Of a stretch of 64,000 nt of DNA, positions 57,643-64,000 are shown in pieces (the stretch's first letter is position 1; every line of letters begins with the position of its first letter). The notes beneath the pieces were generated by a model, which was not told where the DNA came from, did no database searches, and worked only from the letters and a program-made list of their open reading frames with translations. The position numbers and the translations under genes are program-made. The DNA is from a virus: IMG/VR virus record IMGVR_UViG_3300043172_000590, positions 13,827 to 77,826 of that record; one strand, written 5' to 3'.

Positions 57643-59724
57643 CTATTTAATCAATAATTTATAATAAGGTTTTCCTTCTGCATGAATGCTATTTCCCTTC
57701 TCGTCAGTATCAACAATACATGCTGGACACTTAGGATTGTTAATAAGTATCTCCCCGCATTCAGGGCACTTGTAGAGTTTCGCCACTCTTAGGTTTATTA
57801 TCTGGGATCTCGTCTCAATAATCTCATTTGTTGACTCCCTATTGTCGATGAATATGGGAGCGCTAGCATCATCGAACTTGCATATCTCATTAATAACTTC
57901 CATACCGGCATTAACCCTCTTTGCATCGTTGGCATCCTGGTATGGTACGCCATCAAGTAGTCCGATACAGCATTGTTCAAAACCACCATTCCCAAGCTCT
58001 TTGAACATTTTAAATTTGATGCCGGAAAATCTTTCATTGACCCGATTTTCGAGTTCGGTATATTTTTCTGTCTCAAATCTCTCAACAACCATCAGCTCTT
58101 TTTCCTTCGATGCAAGATTACTCTCTATTCCCTTCTTCTCATTTGTCAGCTCCAATACCCGGTCATTATCCTTTTGGATATCGTCACGAACCCTAAGATC
58201 TTTATTGATTGCTCCGATTTTAGTCTGTAGTTCAGATTCCTTGGATGTCAGTTCGGTGTCAGTTTCAGGCTTGTTGTTCTCGTCGAAATGCTCAATCTCA
58301 TTTTTCAATACACTCAGTAACTTATTTAGCCCAATAAGAGTGACATCGCCAGAAAGTGCCTCTTCCAAATTCTCTTCCTTGATAGGATTAGCGACAAGCT
58401 CCTTTAATTCCCCTTCGGAAACATGTACTGCAGCTTTTGCGGCTTCTCTCTTATCTTCCAGTTCTGTTATCGCGGACTTAGCATCATCTATTTTCTTAAC
58501 AATCGCTTTACCTTCCGTATTGATGAGGGCCTTTCCATCAATAACAAACTGGCTGAAATCTACTTTCATAGACTCCTTTTTCTCCTCTATATCCCCTTCT
58601 GGCAACGATTGCTTGCAGGCAGGGCAGGTAAATTCACTATCATTAAACTTGAGGCTCTTTTTATTTATTTCTGCCCAGTCTTCTAAGAGAGTTTTTTTAT
58701 TGGCGGTAAGCGTTTCTACCTTTCTTTCGCAGAGACCTATATCCATTGTTAGTCCAGGAATCTTATTGCCAGACATTTTGATTTGTCCCTCTGCTAATTC
58801 AATCTTTTTCTTATGCGCCTTATATGCAATATTTAGCCCTTTCCCAATATCCGCCTTTCTGGATTCAATATCTAACTCTATCGGGCCTTTTTTTCTTACA
58901 AGCGCAAGTTTCTTATTTGCAATGCCTTCCTCAGCTTTCGAAGCATCGAGTATTTTTCCGCTAACAGTCCCTTTCTCTTGAGTCAATACAAGCAGATATC
59001 CTTCTAATTTATTCCAATCAAGAACCTCCGGTATTTTACTCAACCTTTCTTTTATCGCAGAACCCTTGTCTTTCAACTCGTCCTTAAGCTTAGCAATAGA
59101 GGCTTTCACGCTTTTTTTATAGAGATCCATGCTTTTACCGTTCAGGATATCAAGCATCTTGATAAACTCCTCGTTGTTTTCTGCAATATCAGCATCAGTG
59201 CGTTCTCCGCCAGACATCTTAGCGAGCATTGCCCGTCTCTTAGCCCAAGGGACCTGCTTGTTGTCAAAAAAGTATAATGGGTTTGTAATCAACTTAAATA
59301 CTTCTTCGCTTATGATTGCTGAGACATACGCATTGTATTCGCCGATATTAACCGGGACGCCATCGTACCAACACAGAGTTTCGTTGCCTTTGAATACCTC
59401 CTCTTCTTTCCCTTTGGGCTTTACCCATTTTTCTTGGAGTGCCCTCTTAAGAATAGTTTCTCTTCCATCCAAGAGTAAGACACCTTCGACAGAATGGACC
59501 ACTCTTGACATTGGAATATTATTCTCGTCCAATGTCTTTATTGAGAAGTCGTGATTTCCAGCTGCATCCTTACCGAATAGGAGCCAAGTGAACCCATTGA
59601 GCTGAGTGCTCTTGAATGTTCCGTTGTCTCCCCATATATCCGTAATATCTTTATTGTAATTTACTTCGAGGTTTATCGCCCCCATGAAGTATGAAAATTT
59701 TAAGCTCTTAACTATTGCTTCCAT
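57643..59724 (-). CDS. SbcC/Rad50-like coiled-coil ATPase
   Basis: GDNGTFKST Walker A, long coiled coil with CPAC hook, PIFIDNRES Walker B, extra C-terminal Zn ribbon. Confidence 0.9.
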   Translation of the reverse strand: MEAIVKSLKFSYFMGAINLEVNYNKDITDIWGDNGTFKSTQLNGFTWLLFGKDAAGNHDFSIKTLDENNIPMSRVVHSVEGVLLLDGRETILKRALQEKWVKPKGKEEEVFKGNETLCWYDGVPVNIGEYNAYVSAIISEEVFKLITNPLYFFDNKQVPWAKRRAMLAKMSGGERTDADIAENNEEFIKMLDILNGKSMDLYKKSVKASIAKLKDELKDKGSAIKERLSKIPEVLDWNKLEGYLLVLTQEKGTVSGKILDASKAEEGIANKKLALVRKKGPIELDIESRKADIGKGLNIAYKAHKKKIELAEGQIKMSGNKIPGLTMDIGLCERKVETLTANKKTLLEDWAEINKKSLKFNDSEFTCPACKQSLPEGDIEEKKESMKVDFSQFVIDGKALINTEGKAIVKKIDDAKSAITELEDKREAAKAAVHVSEGELKELVANPIKEENLEEALSGDVTLIGLNKLLSVLKNEIEHFDENNKPETDTELTSKESELQTKIGAINKDLRVRDDIQKDNDRVLELTNEKKGIESNLASKEKELMVVERFETEKYTELENRVNERFSGIKFKMFKELGNGGFEQCCIGLLDGVPYQDANDAKRVNAGMEVINEICKFDDASAPIFIDNRESTNEIIETRSQIINLRVAKLYKCPECGEILINNPKCPACIVDTDEKGNSIHAEGKPYYKLLIK

Positions 59725-59814
59725 TATCTCTCTTTATTGTTATTTTGTTAGTACAATATTAGTATTAAAGGATGGTGTTTCCTAGTGTTTGTTGTAGTTT
59801 GGAATTGTTCCAAA

Positions 59815-60063
59815 TTAACACCGCAATGATGGTTTTAGATTTCTAAGAAACTCCATTAAATCATCAACTTGTTTTTTACAGGTAATTTGCACGTCGTCCA
59901 ATATTGCCCTATCTACCATGTGAGATACAGTACACACTTTCATATCATCATCCATCTGCTCAGATTCATATCTTTTCCATGTGTTACATTGCGCCTTGAT
60001 AACATCTTCTTTTTCGTTCTCAGTTTTCTGGTGCTCCTTTAAATAATTAATTTTTAGTTTCAT
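59815..60063 (-). CDS. hypothetical protein
   Basis: 82-aa ORF. Confidence 0.55.
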   Translation of the reverse strand: MKLKINYLKEHQKTENEKEDVIKAQCNTWKRYESEQMDDDMKVCTVSHMVDRAILDDVQITCKKQVDDLMEFLRNLKPSLRC

Positions 60064-60133
60064 ACAATTTGTTTTAATGTTTTATTTATTACTGGCTGTC
60101 AAAAAGTGTTTTTGCACGTACGCTATACCCCCC

Positions 60134-60445
60134 CTATAACCAAGACTTAACCCTATCTATAAAGCCAAGTCTTTTTCGCCAGCCCTTAAAATCTATTCCG
60201 CACTTGGTTGGATACGTTCTTTCAGCTAGTATATGGTAACCACTCAACATGCAGTCGCTTCCCTTTTTATGGGCACAGGTACCGCAATTACGGGGTATAA
60301 CATCAGATATATCAAATAATTTTACTATCTCTTCGCCAATAATATTAAAGTCATCTTCTTGTATAGCTTGAGCATAACATCCACTATTTATTAACTCGAC
60401 TGGCTGTTGTTTTTCTTTTAGTATTCCAATTATTTTTTCTTTCAC
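60134..60445 (-). CDS. hypothetical Cys-containing protein
   Basis: 103-aa ORF, GTG start. Confidence 0.5.
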   Translation of the reverse strand: MKEKIIGILKEKQQPVELINSGCYAQAIQEDDFNIIGEEIVKLFDISDVIPRNCGTCAHKKGSDCMLSGYHILAERTYPTKCGIDFKGWRKRLGFIDRVKSWL

Positions 60446-60492
60446 TATCTTAATTTTTAATCCGTAAAATTAAATGCCATGCCCACAGTCTG

Positions 60493-60954
60493 TTAAATTT
60501 TCCATGTCAAAAGTACAGCATCTCGAATTTCTTGATTACTATTCCCTGTATGCCCGGTATATTTATTAAACGTTTTCGCATCCAATTTCCCCATAGGCTC
60601 CCGGACCCTGAATGGGACATCGTATGTTTCGCACCATTGGCAGAGAAGTTTTCCGGTCTGGTGGTTCTCTCCGACATTCCTGGCGATCTTTTCTCGTTTC
60701 GCCGCTCCCTGCTCTTTATGCCAGTTACTCTTCTTTACGAGCCATCCGCCCTCGATATGAATTTCGACATTGAGATTTACGCTATACCCCTCAATTTGCT
60801 CTCCACCAAAATAACCAGACTTGAATGCAGCCACTAATTCCCAAAACCGCATAGTTCCCATGTAGGTTATTTTCTTCTCGTGCGTATCCCATATGCCGAC
60901 TCCGGATTTATCTACATCCGGATCTATTCCGATTTGATATCTCTTTTTTTGCAT
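60493..60954 (-). CDS. RuvC-like Holliday junction resolvase
   Basis: IGIDPDVDKSGV, HIEG, SNQE.RDA. Confidence 0.8.
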   Translation of the reverse strand: MQKKRYQIGIDPDVDKSGVGIWDTHEKKITYMGTMRFWELVAAFKSGYFGGEQIEGYSVNLNVEIHIEGGWLVKKSNWHKEQGAAKREKIARNVGENHQTGKLLCQWCETYDVPFRVREPMGKLDAKTFNKYTGHTGNSNQEIRDAVLLTWKI

Positions 60955-61184
60955 GGCTGTATTGATGTTTGGATTAATTTATCATTTTGTATTTCCCTTA
61001 GTTCTAACTCCCCGGTAATCGGGTTTAAGTATTCAATAGTCGAGCTTTGGTGTTTAATGTTGGCTATCCTGCATTGTACATCATAAGGTTTTATGCAGAT
61101 AGGAGAAGTATCGTAGTTGACGATGGCCAGCCTATACGTGCCCACGTCGCCTTCGTATATGGCTTTCAAGTCTTCTGAGTCCAT
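60924..61184 (-). CDS. hypothetical protein
   Basis: 86-aa coupled ORF. Confidence 0.55.
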   Translation of the reverse strand: MDSEDLKAIYEGDVGTYRLAIVNYDTSPICIKPYDVQCRIANIKHQSSTIEYLNPITGELELREIQNDKLIQTSIQPCKKRDIKSE

Positions 61185-61187
61185 AAA

Positions 61188-61397
61188 TCATTTATTTAGT
61201 TTATAATAGAGCGTTAGTAATCTGTGATAATATGGTAAATACAACATTTTTCCTGAATTTGCCCTCAATATGTCAATGTGCGAAGTCGTGAATTTCTTTA
61301 TATCAATTACGACAGAGCATTGGTCTAATCGTACCGGTCCCACTATTTCTGTTTTGTCGAAGAATTCCTCTAATTCATCCATTGGTACGTTTTTCAT
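61188..61397 (-). CDS. small conserved Bacteroidota phage protein
   Basis: PVRLDQC..V.D.KKF..SH...L.AN.G...Y.PYY.RL. Confidence 0.65.
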   Translation of the reverse strand: MKNVPMDELEEFFDKTEIVGPVRLDQCSVVIDIKKFTTSHIDILRANSGKMLYLPYYHRLLTLYYKLNK

Positions 61398-61431
61398 ATG
61401 TCTTCTCTTATCTGCCCCTTAGTATAGAGGG

Positions 61432-61722
61432 TTAAAGATTTATATTCCTTAACATTATCTTAGCTTTTGCCAAAGCCTCCTCAACTACCGCAATGCTTTT
61501 AATGTCAGTAAAGGTGAGTATTGCTTCTGGTCTGGTATTGTCTGTTGTGCATCCGACAGTATTGCTCTTTGTCCCGATGGGCCTTGGTGTATCATTTACG
61601 AATTCCACTCCTGTATATTTATTTACCTTACAGCTAATTGCACCTATTATGACATCTCCTTTGCCGAGTTCTATTAGTGTAATTCCTTTTGTGTTTCCGA
61701 TTTGTACATTCTTATGAATCAT
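61432..61722 (-). CDS. hypothetical protein
   Basis: 96-aa ORF. Confidence 0.6.
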   Translation of the reverse strand: MIHKNVQIGNTKGITLIELGKGDVIIGAISCKVNKYTGVEFVNDTPRPIGTKSNTVGCTTDNTRPEAILTFTDIKSIAVVEEALAKAKIMLRNINL

Positions 61723-61728
61723 AATCTT

Positions 61729-62574
61729 CTATATCAAATCAAGTTTAACATATTCTTCATTCAAATAAATATCAGCACCTTCAATATAAACAAATCCATC
61801 ATCTTCATTGTCCTTGTATGCCCAGCATGGGAGCGCCGCCTCTATCCTTACGAGATCAACTACATCTATATCGTCAACTCCCGCCCAGGTTATTCCATAT
61901 ACCTCACCAATCCATTTTTTACTTTTTAATCCATATAAGATGGAGCAGACCAATAAACTTCTCATTGGCATTTCTTCCCGATTGGCTTTTAATCCTTGTG
62001 CCAAATACTTCATTTTGTCAACCATTGGCGTTGTATCCTCCTTCTCCTTCTCAATTTTGACCACAGCAACACCTCTCTCTCTCCTATATGCCCTAAAACA
62101 CTTCAAGATGGTACTACCATCAATCCGGCCATAAAATTCTCCGTATTCGCCTTTTTTTATTTTTTTAAATACAAGAGCAAACTCAGCGATATTTAGAAAA
62201 AAGAAATCCTCATAGATATATCGTGACGTTTCCTGTATTTGAGGATCATTCATTTTATTATCCTGATTTACATTAATGTAATCATTCAAAGTTACTGTCC
62301 AGATATTTATGAATTCATAAACAGTGTCCTCTCCGTAAATATTTTTGAGCTCTGATAATTTAATAACATTACTGGTGTAACAAGCTGCCTCATTAATTAA
62401 GTCTTTATATCTTTCCCTTATAATATCAGGATTTAATTCCTTGAGGAATTGCTGAGGAGATTTGAATGTTTTTGCAAAAAGAAGTTCTCGTTTAGAGCTT
62501 GCTGATTCTTTCTGCAATATTGATTTTTGCTTCATCAATCCTTGTTCCTGAATTATTTTGCCTATTCTGTCCAT
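61729..62574 (-). CDS. replication-associated protein (Bacteroidota initiator partner, DUF6633-like)
   Basis: LNIAEF.L.F...K.G.YGEFYGRIDG..I...F..Y..ER; overlaps the initiator gene. Confidence 0.7.
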   Translation of the reverse strand: MDRIGKIIQEQGLMKQKSILQKESASSKRELLFAKTFKSPQQFLKELNPDIIRERYKDLINEAACYTSNVIKLSELKNIYGEDTVYEFINIWTVTLNDYINVNQDNKMNDPQIQETSRYIYEDFFFLNIAEFALVFKKIKKGEYGEFYGRIDGSTILKCFRAYRRERGVAVVKIEKEKEDTTPMVDKMKYLAQGLKANREEMPMRSLLVCSILYGLKSKKWIGEVYGITWAGVDDIDVVDLVRIEAALPCWAYKDNEDDGFVYIEGADIYLNEEYVKLDLI

Positions 62575-63400
62575 TACTTATCCTGTTTCTATTATCGTAA
62601 TTTCCTTCTAATATCTTAATAAAATTCTCTGATTTAAAGACCCAATTGAAATCCGCGGTCCATCCCCTGTCGTTGTCTCCATTTAGCATACTACTATCCC
62701 GCGATTTGTATATAACCTCTTTTATTATATCTTTCCCGTGTTCGTTCCATCTGGCTCTAATTATTTTTTTTCTTGCCTCTGACAATACCTTTACTATCGG
62801 TAATCCTTTACATTGTCCGTTGTAGTAATCAACTATTTTTTGATAAGGGATAATCTCTGGTGTTATTTTTTTTGGGAGGAGTGGCTGAGATTTTTTAATC
62901 TCAGATTGTTCCCCTTCTATTCTATTAGATTCGCTTTCTACTTCTACTTCACTTTCTATTCTATTAGATTCTATATTCCGAAGCATTAGGCAATGGTTAC
63001 TAAACCCTTTGCAAAGGGTTTCCCATGAATCTTCTATATCATTGATATCTAAAGACATATCTCTTTTGAAAAGATTTGGCAACTTCTCAAACTCGTAAAT
63101 TGCCGATTTTTTCATGTTTGTATTGAATTTTTGATGCTTGAGAAAATTTAGGAGAATTATATGGTTTTCGACATACATCACTTTGTTGTCTTTCTCGAAT
63201 TTAGTTAAGCATTCACCAATTATTTCTATATCCACCCCTGTTTCGAAAGATATCTTCCTTATAGATGTTTCATAGGCTCCAAGCATGTTTGTATTGTCAT
63301 TGGTTATTAAATACATGAAAACAAGCTTATAATTGGGGCTTAAATCCTCAAACCACGTATCTGACCATATTCTCGTTGATATATTTCTTGATTTGCCCAC
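62492..63400 (-). CDS. phage replication initiator (lambda O/DnaD-like)
   Basis: N-terminal wHTH (IWSD.WFEDLS...KL.F.YL.TN); C-terminal W.ADFNW.....NF.KILEGNYD. Confidence 0.8.
   Translation of the reverse strand: MGKSRNISTRIWSDTWFEDLSPNYKLVFMYLITNDNTNMLGAYETSIRKISFETGVDIEIIGECLTKFEKDNKVMYVENHIILLNFLKHQKFNTNMKKSAIYEFEKLPNLFKRDMSLDINDIEDSWETLCKGFSNHCLMLRNIESNRIESEVEVESESNRIEGEQSEIKKSQPLLPKKITPEIIPYQKIVDYYNGQCKGLPIVKVLSEARKKIIRARWNEHGKDIIKEVIYKSRDSSMLNGDNDRGWTADFNWVFKSENFIKILEGNYDNRNRISNGQNRQNNSGTRIDEAKINIAERISKL
62915..63021. repeat. iteron-like repeats/probable replication origin inside the initiator gene
   Basis: 18-bp direct repeat TTCTATTCTATTAGATTC (62915, 62954); perfect 20-bp palindrome AAACCCTTTGCAAAGGGTTT (63002-63021). 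Confidence 0.65.
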
Positions 63401-63448
63401 GTTTAAATAAATTTAATATCAAGTTTTATGTGAATGGTAATGTGATTT

Positions 63449-64000
63449 TTAAATTTGTTTAATTACATAAGGTTTTATGCTCCATTTCATCCTCCACATT
63501 CTTCGCATTTCCTCAATGAACCGATCAAACGTCTTTATATATCCCATATCAATTGCAAAGGCAAAATGCTTTTCGAGATCTTCGAGTTCTTTAAGTTGAG
63601 ATATGGAAGCCTTATCTCTCAATGCTCTTTCGTGTCTCCCAAATACAACGTAATTTAGAGATCTAGCCATTTTCCGGTAATCTACATTTGAGAGGGTGGC
63701 TATTGCCATAGATAATCCCCTATACATGTTGCCGGCCTCAATTCTATTTAGTATAAGATTGTCAGCAAGCCAGATAACAGTTTTTGCATATATTTCAGGA
63801 TGTAGTTCTAGCGCAGCCAACATCCATAGATAAGGATCACACCAAATAGTTTTCGTATGTCTGGCTCCGGTAGTTTTATATATCTTTAATTTTTTCAAGG
63901 TTCTTATTATCCCCTTCTCATTTTTAATCATTTCTATAAACGCAAGAATGCTGTCGTTTATAAGCCCCTGCTCTTTAAGTATATAATATATTCTTTCGTA
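63449..64000 (-). CDS. KilA-N-like DNA-binding protein (5'-truncated by the window edge)
   Basis: TIWCDPYLWML.ALELHP.IYA..V.WL.D; frame is open to position 64000. Confidence 0.75.
   Translation of the reverse strand, partial: YERIYYILKEQGLINDSILAFIEMIKNEKGIIRTLKKLKIYKTTGARHTKTIWCDPYLWMLAALELHPEIYAKTVIWLADNLILNRIEAGNMYRGLSMAIATLSNVDYRKMARSLNYVVFGRHERALRDKASISQLKELEDLEKHFAFAIDMGYIKTFDRFIEEMRRMWRMKWSIKPYVIKQI

Noticed and set aside
57842-58981. 379-aa plus-strand ORF and similar Ser/Phe/Leu-rich antisense ORFs (e.g. 28030-28581, 22972-23508)
   Set aside because: Shadow frames of Lys/Glu-rich or other real genes on the opposite strand
13459-64000. Stop-codon reassignment (TAG/TGA) as in some crAss-like phages
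   Set aside because: Long genes are intact in code 11, TAG ends genes exactly at operon junctions, and no suppressor tRNA was seen
1-64000. Integrase, transposase or prophage boundary
   Set aside because: No recombinase, IS or host housekeeping genes recognised; lifestyle cannot be determined from this window

Overview
64 kb of a tailed dsDNA phage genome, most likely a podovirus-like phage of a Bacteroidota host. The host call rests on TTTG-N18/19-TAnnTTTG promoters, Gln+1 signal peptides and Bacteroidota-type proteins. The standard genetic code is used. 1-13.3 kb (+): small early/host-takeover ORFs, an LPD29-type polyvalent N6-adenine methyltransferase and a DUF559 nuclease. 13.4-48.2 kb (-): late module with TerS/TerL, portal, scaffold, major capsid, ring and tail-hub proteins, three ejection proteins, fibre/adhesin proteins and a CHAP-endolysin lysis cassette. 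The head-tail genes resemble crAss-like/Flavobacteria podoviruses, but no virion RNA polymerase or DNA polymerase is present in the window. 48.8-64 kb (-): lambdoid-style replication/recombination module (KilA-N, O-like initiator with internal iteron-like repeats, RuvC-like, SbcC-like ATPase, RecT, HNH, MBL hydrolase), two GroES-like genes and a RyR + Acb2/Tad1-like fusion. Most unusual observations: (i) a ~1.05 kb ORF-free array of separately folded small RNAs (56558-57609), including a ~105-nt tRNA-like RNA with a G3-U70 alanine determinant; (ii) two sequence-unrelated ~420-nt leaders with the same architecture (promoter, 34-codon uORF, hairpin whose loop pairs with the uORF start region, ~270-280 nt structured tail); (iii) three consecutive fibre-region genes with apparent Sec signal peptides; (iv) the RyR-sponge fusion; (v) three tandem genes sharing a Cys-Cys coiled-coil N-terminus. 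All protein family calls come from motif recognition by eye, not database searches.
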